This document shows positions 7,479-17,128 of a DNA stretch of 64,000 bases, in pieces. The position numbers and the translations under genes are program-made. The stretch's first letter is position 1, and the number at the start of each line of letters is the position of its first letter. The notes under the pieces are model-generated. The model saw only the letters and a program-made list of their open reading frames with translations, was not told the DNA's origin and searched no databases. This DNA comes from Candidatus Fervidibacter canadensis. GTDB taxonomy: Bacteria > Armatimonadota > Fervidibacteria > Fervidibacterales > Fervidibacteraceae. The stretch lies in contig JBGOEJ010000004.1 in assembly GCA_041446545.1 (NCBI GenBank), positions 59,181 through 123,180 of the forward strand, read 5' to 3'.

Positions 7479-10022
7479 TCACGACGCCTTCAAGCGATAA
7501 ATGCCACCCGCCTTTGTCTCAAACTCCGTCACGAAAGTGACAGGCAAATCAGGGCGAGAGGTAGCCCAACGCTCTGGGGCGACAAACGAGACAGGTGGTT
7601 GAGGTTTAAGGAGTGGGTTGGGAACTTCGCCCTTCGGCTCTCGCACCTTTGCTCCGACCACTTGGACGGGCACGGTTGTTTTGACCCGACAAACGCCGCC
7701 GAGGTGTGAGCGGATAGCCGCTTCCTTCAGTTGCCCACCTTGCCAAAGGATGTCCACCTCAAAGCCGCCCCGCGCCCGCAAGCCCTTGACAAAACCGTCC
7801 CGCCACGCTTTGGGCAACGCAGGCAACAGATGCAACTCACCATCGTGGCTTTGAAGGAGCATCTCGGCAATTCCCCCACAGCCGCCGAAGTTGCCGTCAA
7901 TCTGAAAGGGCGGATGGTTGTCAAAGAGGTTCGGCAAGGTAGAACGGCGCAGCAACAGCAGCAAGTTTTCGTAGGCTTTCTCGCCATCCAACAACCGCGC
8001 AAAGAGGTTGACCGTCCAAGCGCGGCTCCATCCCGTCGCTCCGCCACCGTGAGCCAACCGATGTTCCAAAGAGCGACGCGCCGCCATCGCCAAAGCGGGT
8101 GTCCGCCAGACGGAAATTTGCCTGCCAGGGTGCAAGCCGAAAAGGTGCGACATATGCCGATGACCTGGTTCGGGTTCGTCAAACTCTTCGTGCCACTCCA
8201 TCAACCGACCGTCGCTGCCAATTTTCAGCGGCTCCAGTTCAGCGAGGCGTTGTTTCAGTTGCTCCCGCAACTCTTCGTCCACACCGAGGAAGGTTGCCGC
8301 CTCTATGCAGTTGCAAAAGAGGTCGTGAATCAGTTGCAAGTCCATCGCACTGCCGATGCAGAAACTGGCTTCCTGCCCATCTTTAGTTCGGAAGGCGTTT
8401 TCGGGCGAGAGGGACGGGCAAGTCGTCCATTTGCCCGTCGTTGGGTTGCGCACCATCCAGTCCAGCAAAAAGAGCGCCGCTTCCCGCAGGATGGGGTAAG
8501 TTCGCTCCAAAAACTTGCGGTCGCCCGTGAACAAAAAGTGCTCCCACAAGTGTTGACATAGCCACGCACCACCCATGACCCACAAGCCATAACGCGGAGC
8601 GGCGTCAACGGGAACGGTCACTCGGAAGATGTCAGTGTTGTGATGCAGAACCCAACCGCGACAGCCGTAATGCCCCCTTGCGACTTTTCTGCCCGGCTCA
8701 ACCGACTCGGCGATCAGGCGCAAAAGGGGTTCGTGGCATTCGCTCAAATTCGTCGTCTCGGCTGCCCAGTAATTCATCTCGGCGTTGATGTTCGTCGTCC
8801 ACTTGCTGCCCCAAGGCGGTGTCGTGCTTTCGTTCCAGACGCCTTGCAAATTTGCTGGCTGCGTGCCGGGGCGACTACTGGCGATGAGCAGGTAGCGACC
8901 GAACTGAAAGTAAAGGGCGACCAAGCCGGGGTCTTCTGCGCCACCTTGCACCGCTTTCAATCGCTCGTCGGTCGGCAACTCTTCCAACCTCTCGTCGTGC
9001 CCCAAATCAATGTCCACACGCCGAAAGAACCGTTGATGGTCAGCGATGTGGGCGCTTTTTAGTTGGCGGTAACTTTTGCGGCGCAAGGAAGCGAAATAAT
9101 CGGCACAGCGTTGACGGGGGTCGGCAGAAATGTCTTGATAGTTGCGGTAACTCGTTGCGGCAACGAGGAGCAAAGTGACGGCGTTAGCCTCCTTGACCGT
9201 CAACGCTTCCCCGCTCACTTCCACCTTGCCACCTTTTGCTTGCGCCGCCAGCCAGATTTCAAAGCGGATGCCTTTGCCGGGCAAATCTGTTTGGCTTCTG
9301 CGCACTTCGCCATCGCCAACCCATTGCCCCCGCAAGATGAGCCAGTTATCACCGCCCTTCAGCGTCTCATGGTTGGGATGGGGCGTGGTGAGGCGGGCAG
9401 TGAAGGTGACTTGTTTGGGCTTGTCGGCAACGATGCGACAGACAAGGGCTTGGTCAACGGCAGAAATGAACATTTCGCGGGCGAAGGTGATTTCGCCGAT
9501 GCGATAGCGGATGCGAGCGATGGCTTCGTCCAAGTCCAATTCCCGCCGATACTCTGTCGGCTCGGCATCATGAGGGAACGAAAGCCAAAGGTCACCGAGG
9601 GGCTGATAAGCCATCAAGCGGCGAAAAGGGGCATAAAGGCGGTCGCCGATTTTCAAGACGCCCATCATCTTCTGGTCGGCGAGTTGCTCCGCCTCCCGAT
9701 ACTTGCCCGCAAAGACAAGTCGGCGCACTTGCTCAAGGGAAGCAAAGGCGTCGGGGTTGGTGGGGTCGTAAGGGTAACCCGACCACATCGTGTCCTCATT
9801 GAGTTGCAAGCGCTCCTGAGCGACACCGCCAAAGACCATCGCCCCCATCCGCCCGTTGCCTAAAGGCAGGGCTTCATTCCAGTGGCGAGCGGGCTGACGA
9901 TACCAAAGCACCCAACGCCTTCCCGACACTTTCGCCTTCTCCGACGAACTTTTCGCCACCGTTATCACTCCTTTCGCTGCCATCGCTGTCAAGCCCAACC
10001 GCAGCAATGCCCGACGCTTCAT
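7479..10022 (-). CDS. Glycoside hydrolase family 95 (alpha-L-fucosidase-type), secreted
   Basis: [43 protein letters not shown] is the GH95 N-terminal signature. KRRALLRLG is a twin-arginine-like signal. Confidence 0.85.
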   Translation of the reverse strand: MKRRALLRLGLTAMAAKGVITVAKSSSEKAKVSGRRWVLWYRQPARHWNEALPLGNGRMGAMVFGGVAQERLQLNEDTMWSGYPYDPTNPDAFASLEQVRRLVFAGKYREAEQLADQKMMGVLKIGDRLYAPFRRLMAYQPLGDLWLSFPHDAEPTEYRRELDLDEAIARIRYRIGEITFAREMFISAVDQALVCRIVADKPKQVTFTARLTTPHPNHETLKGGDNWLILRGQWVGDGEVRRSQTDLPGKGIRFEIWLAAQAKGGKVEVSGEALTVKEANAVTLLLVAATSYRNYQDISADPRQRCADYFASLRRKSYRQLKSAHIADHQRFFRRVDIDLGHDERLEELPTDERLKAVQGGAEDPGLVALYFQFGRYLLIASSRPGTQPANLQGVWNESTTPPWGSKWTTNINAEMNYWAAETTNLSECHEPLLRLIAESVEPGRKVARGHYGCRGWVLHHNTDIFRVTVPVDAAPRYGLWVMGGAWLCQHLWEHFLFTGDRKFLERTYPILREAALFLLDWMVRNPTTGKWTTCPSLSPENAFRTKDGQEASFCIGSAMDLQLIHDLFCNCIEAATFLGVDEELREQLKQRLAELEPLKIGSDGRLMEWHEEFDEPEPGHRHMSHLFGLHPGRQISVWRTPALAMAARRSLEHRLAHGGGATGWSRAWTVNLFARLLDGEKAYENLLLLLRRSTLPNLFDNHPPFQIDGNFGGCGGIAEMLLQSHDGELHLLPALPKAWRDGFVKGLRARGGFEVDILWQGGQLKEAAIRSHLGGVCRVKTTVPVQVVGAKVREPKGEVPNPLLKPQPPVSFVAPERWATSRPDLPVTFVTEFETKAGGIYRLKAS

Positions 10023-10143
10023 CGCCCTTCCCCCTTTCGCTTTTGTTCGGTGGCAAAAACAGGCGGCGTCGCCCCATCGCTAAAAAGGATAGCGTTGCGC
10101 CACAATCATCCCCGACGCTGTATGGCGAAAGGGGGCAACGAGG

Positions 10144-11385
10144 ATGAAAATCACGGAGGTTCGGGTGTTCGTCGTCAACCCGACGGCGACGGAGCGGTTT
10201 GAGGGCATCGGGCATTTGTATCGGCGGGGCGGGATGAACTATGTCGTCGTCAAGGTGCTGACGGATGAAGGCGTTTACGGCGTCGGCGAAGGGACGCTTC
10301 ATGCCAGCGAACTGGCGGTCGCCGCCGTGCTCCATCACTTGAAAGACCTGCTCATCGGCAAAGACCCCCGCAACATTGAAGACACTTGGCACTTCCTCCA
10401 TCGCGCCACCTATTGGCGGGGCGGTCCGATTTTCAAGAGCGCCATCGCCGCCATTGACATGGCGCTTTGGGACATCAAGGGCAAATTGGCGAACATGCCC
10501 GTTTACCAGTTGCTGGGTGGGGCGTGCCGAAAGGGAGTTTTGGTCTACCGCCACGCCGACGGGCGCGACTTCAAGGAAGTCACCGACAATGTGCGCAAGT
10601 GGCTGGAGCAGGGCTACAAGGTCGTGCGGGCGCAAATGGGTGGCTACGGGGGTTCGGGCAAATTGCGCTCTGAGCCATCCGAACGGGAAGGACTGCCGGG
10701 CACGACTTACTTTGAGCCAACCCGCTACTTGATTGAAGTGCCCAAACTCTTTGAGCACCTTCGCAGCGAACTGGGCATGGAGGTGGAGTTGCTCCACGAT
10801 GTCCACGAGCAACTTTCCCCCATTGAAGCCGCTCAACTGGCAAAACGCTTGGAGCCTTATCGCTTGTTTTTCCTTGAAGACCCTGTCTCGCCAGAGCAAA
10901 AAGAGGCGTTGGCGTTCATCCGCTCGCAAACGACGACGCCATTAGCCATCGGCGAAATCTTTTGCGACCGCGAACAAATCCTCCCGCTCTTTATCAACCG
11001 ATGGATTGACTACATTCGTATCCCGCCGTTGCATGTCGGCGGCATCACGGAGTCCAAAAAACTGATGGCGCTGGCGGAACCTTTCGGGGTCAAGTCAGCC
11101 TTTCATGGCGCTGCCGATTTGGGTCCGATCGCACAGGCAGCGGCGCTCCATGTGCAAATGTCCATCCCTAACTTTGGCGTGCAGGAGTGGACGGACTTTC
11201 GCAGCGTTCCCGTTTTGTGCGACTTGTTCCCGACGCCCTGCGAGGTGCGAGACGGTTACGCTTACCCCAACGAGGCGCCCGGGTTGGGCATTGATTTCAA
11301 CGAGGAGTTGGCGGAACGCTTCCCGTATGTGCCGACCTACATGCCCCAAATTCGGCGCGCCGACGGGACGGTGCATGGCTATTGA
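10144..11385 (+). CDS. Enolase-superfamily acid-sugar dehydratase, D-mannonate dehydratase (ManD) subgroup
   Basis: MKITEVRVFVV..., RNIEDTWHFLHRATYWRGGPIFKSAIAAIDMALWDIKGKLANMPVYQLLGG closely resembles ManD/RspA-type proteins. Confidence 0.85.
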   Translation: MKITEVRVFVVNPTATERFEGIGHLYRRGGMNYVVVKVLTDEGVYGVGEGTLHASELAVAAVLHHLKDLLIGKDPRNIEDTWHFLHRATYWRGGPIFKSAIAAIDMALWDIKGKLANMPVYQLLGGACRKGVLVYRHADGRDFKEVTDNVRKWLEQGYKVVRAQMGGYGGSGKLRSEPSEREGLPGTTYFEPTRYLIEVPKLFEHLRSELGMEVELLHDVHEQLSPIEAAQLAKRLEPYRLFFLEDPVSPEQKEALAFIRSQTTTPLAIGEIFCDREQILPLFINRWIDYIRIPPLHVGGITESKKLMALAEPFGVKSAFHGAADLGPIAQAAALHVQMSIPNFGVQEWTDFRSVPVLCDLFPTPCEVRDGYAYPNEAPGLGIDFNEELAERFPYVPTYMPQIRRADGTVHGY

Positions 11386-13096
11386 CAAAATCGGGCAACG
11401 CCGACGGCGGGAGGTGAAAGCCGTGACGGCACAACGGACGGGGTATGTCATCGGTGTGGATGTCGGGACGATGAGCGTTCGGGCGGGCGTGTTTGCCTTG
11501 GACGGGACGATGTTGGCGCACGCCGTTGAATTCATCCAAATCGCCCGACCCAGAGAAAATTTCGTGGAGCAATCCTCCGACGAAATTTGGGAGGCGACGG
11601 GACGGGCAGTGCGGGCTGCTGTCGCTAATGCCGGCATTCGCCCTAAGCAAGTTATCGGCATCAGTTACGACGCCACCTGCTCGTTGGTGGCATTGGGCAA
11701 AGACCTTCGTCCCATCTCTGTCTCGCCGACAGGCGACCCAAAGTGGAACATCATCGTTTGGATGGATCACCGCGCCGTTGAATTCGCCGACCGCATCAAT
11801 GCGACTTGTCATCCTGTCCTGCGATATGTCGGTGGCGTCATCTCACCAGAGATGGAGCCGCCCAAATTGCTTTGGCTCAAGCACTACCTGCCCGAAACTT
11901 GGCGGCAGGCGGGCAAATTTTTTGACCTCGCCGACTTTATGGTCTTTCAATCCACTGGGCACGATGTCCGCAGCCTTTGCACCGTCGTCTGCAAGTGGCT
12001 GTATCTTGGGCACGAGGGGCGATGGGACAGGAGTTTCTACGAGCAAATCGGGTTAGGCGATTTGTTGGATGGTGAGCGGGTGAGGGACGAAGTTCGTCCG
12101 ATGGGCGAATGGGCAGGCAACTTGACGCAAGAAGCCGCTGAACATTTGGGCTTGACAACCGACACAGCCGTCGGCGTCGGCATCATTGACGCCCATGCAG
12201 GAGGGATCGGGTTGCTGGGCGCTGTTTGGAAAGACGAAGGTGTGGACGGGGCGCCCTTAGAGACGCTGGAAATCGCTTTGGCGCTCATCGGCGGGACCTC
12301 CTCATGCCACATGGCAGTTTCCCGTGAGCCCAAGTTTGTGCCCGGCGTTTGGGGACCTTACTTTGGGGCGATGGTGCCGAACATGTGGCTGACAGAAGGG
12401 GGACAAAGTGCCACAGGCGCCCTCATTGACTATGTCGTCACCAACAACGCTCAATGGACGACCCTGCAGCGGATGGCAGCAGAACGCAACATGACCTTTT
12501 ACGAAATCCTCAACGACATCGTCTTGCGTTTGCAACGGGAGACAGGTTTGGGTTGGCGGTTGACGAGGGACTTGCATGTTTTGGACTACCATCACGGCAA
12601 CCGTTCGCCCAAAGCCGACCCATACGCCAAAGGGGTCGTGGACGGCTTGACGCTGGAAACTTCCCTGGAAGCCGTCGCAAAACTCTATTACGCCACCATC
12701 CAAGCCATCGCTTATGGGACGAGGGACATCATAGAGACGATAAACCGACACGGACATCGCATCCGACGCATCTATGCGACGGGCGGTGGGACGAAAAACC
12801 CTCTTTGGCTTCAAGAGCACGCCGACATCACGGAAAGCGAAATTCGCTTGCCCAAAGAGCCCGAGGCAGTGCTGTTGGGGACGGCAATTTTGGCAGCAGT
12901 GGCGGCGAAAGCCTACCCTGACATCCCGACGGCGATGCGGGCGATGTGCCACACGGGTGACATCATCCGACCCCGCCCCGAAACCTTTGACTTTCACCGC
13001 GCTAAGTTCGCCATCTACCGTGAAATGTATGAGGAGCACCTGCGCCGACGACAGCGGATGGCGCCTTTCATGGGAAGGCAGGTGAAACGCCCATGA
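11375..13096 (+). CDS. FGGY-family pentulose/ribulokinase-like carbohydrate kinase
   Basis: YVIGVDVGTMSVRAGVF, EQSSDEIW, DATCSLV, IVWMDHRA, SPEMEPPKLLWLK and CTVVCKW. Start is uncertain: ATG 11375 overlaps the manD end, and a GTG near 11414-11423 lies after GGGAGGTG. The ORF-track start 11105 was rejected. Confidence 0.85.
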   Translation: MAIDKIGQRRRREVKAVTAQRTGYVIGVDVGTMSVRAGVFALDGTMLAHAVEFIQIARPRENFVEQSSDEIWEATGRAVRAAVANAGIRPKQVIGISYDATCSLVALGKDLRPISVSPTGDPKWNIIVWMDHRAVEFADRINATCHPVLRYVGGVISPEMEPPKLLWLKHYLPETWRQAGKFFDLADFMVFQSTGHDVRSLCTVVCKWLYLGHEGRWDRSFYEQIGLGDLLDGERVRDEVRPMGEWAGNLTQEAAEHLGLTTDTAVGVGIIDAHAGGIGLLGAVWKDEGVDGAPLETLEIALALIGGTSSCHMAVSREPKFVPGVWGPYFGAMVPNMWLTEGGQSATGALIDYVVTNNAQWTTLQRMAAERNMTFYEILNDIVLRLQRETGLGWRLTRDLHVLDYHHGNRSPKADPYAKGVVDGLTLETSLEAVAKLYYATIQAIAYGTRDIIETINRHGHRIRRIYATGGGTKNPLWLQEHADITESEIRLPKEPEAVLLGTAILAAVAAKAYPDIPTAMRAMCHTGDIIRPRPETFDFHRAKFAIYREMYEEHLRRRQRMAPFMGRQVKRP

Positions 13097-14559
13097 ATGT
13101 AGAGCCACATTTGCTCGTCATCTTCGGGGCGTCAGGTGATTTGATGCGGCGGAAGTTAGCGCCCGCTTTGTTGCGCCTTGCCGAGCAAGGGTTGCTGCCA
13201 GAGCGCTTCGCCATCTTGGGCTTCGCCCGAACGGAACTTTCCGACGAAACTTTTCGCTCGGCGCTTCAGGATGCCCTGCGGGTGCAACCCGAAGACGAAG
13301 CGTGGCGTTGGCTGCAAGAGCGGTTGTTTTACTGTCAAGGCAACTACGGCGATGCAGCATCTATGGCACGATTGCGAGGATGCGTTGAAAGGCTCAACGA
13401 ACGCTGGCAATTGGAAGGCAATCGGCTTTTTTACTTGGCGACACCCCCCGATGTCTTTGACGATTTGGTCATCGGCATTCGGGAAGGCGGGTTGAACAAA
13501 AGCGCAGGTTGGGTGCGCATCGTCGTGGAGAAGCCTTTCGGGCACGATTTGGAAAGCGCCCAGCGACTCAACCGTTTGCTTTGGACGGCGTTTGACGAAC
13601 CCGCCATCTTCCGCATTGACCACTACTTGGGCAAAGAGACGGTTCAAAACCTTCTCGTCTTTCGCTTCGGCAACACGATTTTTGAGCCCCTTTGGAACCG
13701 CCGCTACATTGACCATGTGCAAATCACCGTCGCCGAAGATGATGGCGTGGGACATCGTGGGCGCTATTATGAGGCGGCGGGAGCGTTGCGAGACATGGTG
13801 CCCAACCACCTGTTTCAACTGTTGACGCTGGTGGCGATGGAACCGCCGATTGCGTTGGACGCTGACGAAGTGCGCGACGAAAAGTTGCGGGTTCTGCGGG
13901 CTATCAAACCGTTTGACCCTGAGGAAGTGGACGAAAATGTCGTGCGGGGTCAATACGGAGCGGGCGAAATCGCAGGGCAAAAAGTCGTCGCTTACCGGCA
14001 AGAACCTTTCGTTCACCCCCAATCGGTGACGGAAACCTTTGTCGCCCTGCGGCTCTTCGTGCGCAATTGGCGGTGGGAAGGCGTGCCCTTTTACCTGCGG
14101 ACAGGAAAGCGGTTGCCCAAACGCGTCACTGAGGTGCACATTCAGTTTCGTCCCGTCCCCCACCTTTTGTTTCCGCCCGAAACGGCGGGGCAACTGAAGC
14201 CCAATTTGCTGACCTTGCGCATTCAACCCGACGAAGGGATTATCCTGCGGATTGAGGCGAAAGTCGTCGGGATGGGGATGCAAGGGAGGTCGGTGCCTTT
14301 GGACTTTCGCTACGCTGATTTTGGCACGCCCATTCCCGACGCTTACGAACGATTGCTTTTGGATGCGATGCGGGGTGACCAGACGCTTTTCATGCGCGCC
14401 GACGAAGTGGAAGCGGCATGGCGCATCGTCACCCCCATCTTGCATCGTTGGTGGCAACTTCCCCCGCCATCCTTCCCCGACTACGCCGCCGGCACTTGGG
14501 GACCGAAAGAGGCCGACGAGTTGATCCGACGAGACGAACGCCAATGGCTAACACAGTAA
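13093..14559 (+). CDS. zwf: Glucose-6-phosphate 1-dehydrogenase
   Basis: LVIFGASGDLMRRKL (NADP site), RIDHYLGKE (active-site motif). ATGA overlap with the kinase stop. Confidence 0.9.
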   Translation: MNVEPHLLVIFGASGDLMRRKLAPALLRLAEQGLLPERFAILGFARTELSDETFRSALQDALRVQPEDEAWRWLQERLFYCQGNYGDAASMARLRGCVERLNERWQLEGNRLFYLATPPDVFDDLVIGIREGGLNKSAGWVRIVVEKPFGHDLESAQRLNRLLWTAFDEPAIFRIDHYLGKETVQNLLVFRFGNTIFEPLWNRRYIDHVQITVAEDDGVGHRGRYYEAAGALRDMVPNHLFQLLTLVAMEPPIALDADEVRDEKLRVLRAIKPFDPEEVDENVVRGQYGAGEIAGQKVVAYRQEPFVHPQSVTETFVALRLFVRNWRWEGVPFYLRTGKRLPKRVTEVHIQFRPVPHLLFPPETAGQLKPNLLTLRIQPDEGIILRIEAKVVGMGMQGRSVPLDFRYADFGTPIPDAYERLLLDAMRGDQTLFMRADEVEAAWRIVTPILHRWWQLPPPSFPDYAAGTWGPKEADELIRRDERQWLTQ

Positions 14560-14597
14560 CGAGTGGGTAGAAAAAACGCACGGAAGGAGGTCGGAGC

Positions 14598-16163
14598 GTG
14601 GAAGCGGTGATGCTTTGGACAGCGTTGGAGTTGGTGCTGCAGAGCCAGCGCAATGACGACAACCCGCTTTGGGATGTGACGGTGCGGGTGCATTTCACGG
14701 CACCGTCGGGCAAGACACAGACGGTAGAAGCCTTTTGGGACGGCGGACGAATTTGGCGCGTCCGCTTTTGCCCTGAGGAAGTGGGAGAATGGCGATGGCG
14801 CTCGGAAAGTTCGCCCGAAGATGCGGGTTTGCACGGTCAGACAGGTTCCTTCCGCTGCGTCCCTTATGAAGGCGATAACCCGCTCTATCGGCATGGCGCT
14901 TTGCGTCTCTCTTCTGACCGTCGCTTTTTCGTCCATGCTGACGGGACACCCTTTTTCTGGCTTGCCGACACGGCGTGGAACGGCGTCTTGAAAGCCAAGC
15001 CCGAAGATTGGGAGCGTTACTTGCAAATCCGTCGCCAACAAGGGTTCACTGTCATCCAATTTGTCAGCACCCATTGGCGCGCCTTCCCCCAAGATGCCTT
15101 CGGCGAGACGGCTTATACGGGCACGAGCCGCATTCGCATCAACCCCCATTTCTTCCAGCGCTTGGACGGCAAAGTCGCTGCCATCAATCGGCATGGACTG
15201 ATCGCAGCGCCCGTTTTGCTTTGGGCATTGCGCCCGCCTTCGCCCGCTGCTGTCTTATCCGATGACGACTTAATTCGGCTCGCCCGCTACCTTGTCGCCC
15301 GATGGGGCGCTTATCAAGTCGTCTGGATTTTGGGCGGTGACGGCGACTATCGGGGCGAAAAGGCGGAACGGTGGAAACGCATCGGGCGTGCCGTTTTCGG
15401 TGACCGTCATGACCGTTTGGTGACGATGCACCCACAAGGTTTGCATTGGGTTGCCGACGAGTTTCGCGAGGAAGCGTGGTTTGACTTCATCGGTTACCAG
15501 AGTGGGCACGGCGATAGCGCCAACGATTTGCGTTGGCTTGTCTTCGGTCCGCCCGCAAGTGAGTGGCGGAAAGAGCCGCCGAGACCCATCGTCAACTTGG
15601 AGCCAAATTACGAAGCCCATCGTGCCTATCAATCGCGCCAACCCTTCACGGCGTTCCATGTCCGACGGGCGCTTTACTGGAGTTTACTCGTTTCACCGAC
15701 GGCGGGCGTCACTTACGGGCATCATGGCATTTGGTCGTGGGCGGAGAAGTCCGAAGAACCCCTTGACCACGCAGGGAGCGGGATCGCCCCACCCTGGCAC
15801 GAAGCAGTTCAAAGCGAAGGCGCTCAATGCGTCACTTATTTGCGTCGCTTTTTTGACGCTATCCGCTGGTGGACTTTGCGCCCCGCCCCCGAATTGCTGG
15901 CGGAGCAACCGGCAACGCCCGAAATGCCCCACGCCTTTATCGCCGCTGCCAAATCGGAAGATGGCATGCTTGCCGTTCTTTACACGCCGCAGGGTGGCAC
16001 GCTATCGGTGCGAACGGAGTTGTTAAAGTGTCCCATCGTTGTCCGCTGGTTCAATCCCCGCACGGGTGAATGGACAGAAGCGGGGGAAGTGACCGACCGT
16101 TGGCATCGCTTTACGACGCCCGATGAGGGCGACTGGTTGCTTTGTCTTCAGGGAAAGCCATGA
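14598..16163 (+). CDS. DUF4038/GH140-like glycoside hydrolase with N-terminal Ig-like (DUF5060-type) domain
   Basis: DGTPFFWLADTAWNG motif and N-terminal beta-sandwich-like segment. SD GGAAGGAGG precedes GTG 14598. Confidence 0.65.
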   Translation: MEAVMLWTALELVLQSQRNDDNPLWDVTVRVHFTAPSGKTQTVEAFWDGGRIWRVRFCPEEVGEWRWRSESSPEDAGLHGQTGSFRCVPYEGDNPLYRHGALRLSSDRRFFVHADGTPFFWLADTAWNGVLKAKPEDWERYLQIRRQQGFTVIQFVSTHWRAFPQDAFGETAYTGTSRIRINPHFFQRLDGKVAAINRHGLIAAPVLLWALRPPSPAAVLSDDDLIRLARYLVARWGAYQVVWILGGDGDYRGEKAERWKRIGRAVFGDRHDRLVTMHPQGLHWVADEFREEAWFDFIGYQSGHGDSANDLRWLVFGPPASEWRKEPPRPIVNLEPNYEAHRAYQSRQPFTAFHVRRALYWSLLVSPTAGVTYGHHGIWSWAEKSEEPLDHAGSGIAPPWHEAVQSEGAQCVTYLRRFFDAIRWWTLRPAPELLAEQPATPEMPHAFIAAAKSEDGMLAVLYTPQGGTLSVRTELLKCPIVVRWFNPRTGEWTEAGEVTDRWHRFTTPDEGDWLLCLQGKP

Positions 16164-16193
16164 AGGATGAAGGCTTCGTGCGCTGAAGGTCGT

Positions 16194-16202
16194 TGCTACA
16201 AT
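16194..16202 (+). promoter_or_regulatory. Candidate extended -10 promoter element (TGcTACAAT) for the DUF1080 gene
   Basis: TGCTACAAT at 16194-16202, about 45 nt upstream of ATG 16247. The -35 element is weak. Confidence 0.3.
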
Positions 16203-16246
16203 CCCAACGGCATCCTTTTTCACCCTTGGCATGGAGGGATGAACCG

Positions 16247-17068
16247 ATGCGTCGGTGGATGGCGATATCGTTGGCGTTATTGGCAGGTGCTGCCTTTTGG
16301 GCAGTCGGGCAATTCGGCTACGACGATACACCTTTTTTGCCCGGCTCCAAGTGGCGGGTGCATGACAGCAAGCGTCCGCAACCGCCCGTCGTCACACCGG
16401 GCAAAAATTTCGGCGACCCACCCTCGGACGCCATCGTGCTCTTTGACGGCAAAGACTTGTCCAAATGGCGCAGCGTCTTTGGTGGTCCTGCCCGTTGGCG
16501 TGTGGAGAAGGGCTACATGGAAGTCGTGCCCGGAACGGGCGACATCCAGACGGTGGACGAGTTGGGCGACTGCCAATTGCACATAGAGTGGAGTGTCCCC
16601 CCCGATGTGAAAGGCAGCGGACAAGGGCAGGGCAACAGCGGCGTCTTTTTGATGGGACGCTACGAAATTCAGGTGCTGGACAGTTTCAAAAACCTAACCT
16701 ACGCCGACGGGATGGCAGGGGCAATTTACGGGCAATATCCGCCGCTGGTTAACCCTTGCCGACCGCCGGGCGAATGGCAAACTTACGACATCGTCTGGAT
16801 TGCGCCCCGTTTTGACGCCAAGGGCACTTTGATTCGCCCTGGCTACCTGACCCTGATTTTCAACGGCATCGTCGTCCATTATCACACGCCCGTTCTGGGG
16901 TCAACCGTCCATCGCGCCCTCGCCCGTTATCAACCTCATCCACCCGTCGGACCGTTGCGGTTGCAAAATCACGGCTATCGCGTCCGCTTCCGCAACATTT
17001 GGTATCGCCCGTTGAAAGGCTATGATGGAGAGGGCGAATGGTCGCCAGTGCCTTACCAGCCAAAGTGA
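16247..17068 (+). CDS. DUF1080 (3-keto-disaccharide hydrolase-like) secreted protein
   Basis: SD GGAGGG, signal peptide MRRWMAISLALLAGAAFWA. LFDGKDLSKW...W.VEKGYME...GNSGVFLMGRYEIQVLD is the DUF1080 pattern. Confidence 0.8.
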   Translation: MRRWMAISLALLAGAAFWAVGQFGYDDTPFLPGSKWRVHDSKRPQPPVVTPGKNFGDPPSDAIVLFDGKDLSKWRSVFGGPARWRVEKGYMEVVPGTGDIQTVDELGDCQLHIEWSVPPDVKGSGQGQGNSGVFLMGRYEIQVLDSFKNLTYADGMAGAIYGQYPPLVNPCRPPGEWQTYDIVWIAPRFDAKGTLIRPGYLTLIFNGIVVHYHTPVLGSTVHRALARYQPHPPVGPLRLQNHGYRVRFRNIWYRPLKGYDGEGEWSPVPYQPK

Positions 17069-17078
17069 GGCAGGCACA

Positions 17079-17098
17079 AAGGGCGAGCCATCGCCCTT
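17079..17098 (+). terminator. Stem-loop after the DUF1080 gene (possible intrinsic terminator without U-tract)
   Basis: Perfect 8-bp stem AAGGGCGA / TCGCCCTT with 4-nt loop GCCA, 10 nt after the stop codon. No T-run follows. Confidence 0.3.
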
Positions 17099-17128
17099 GC
17101 CCTCGGACACGCTGAAGGGGTGACTTGA

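Noticed and set aside
9874-10929. 351-aa minus-strand ORF spanning the GH95 5' end, the intergenic region and the antisense of the ManD-type gene
   Set aside because: It crosses a divergent promoter region, has no motifs, and both overlapped genes are confidently called on their own strands.
11105-11374. Upstream 90-codon extension of the FGGY kinase ORF (ORF-track start 11105)
   Set aside because: It lies entirely inside the ManD-type gene in another frame. Kinase homology begins at ...YVIGVDVGT, so the start was moved to about 11375-11423.
13156-14544. 462-aa minus-strand ORF antisense to zwf
   Set aside because: Same artefact class. The plus strand carries canonical Zwf motifs (GASGDL, RIDHYLGKE).
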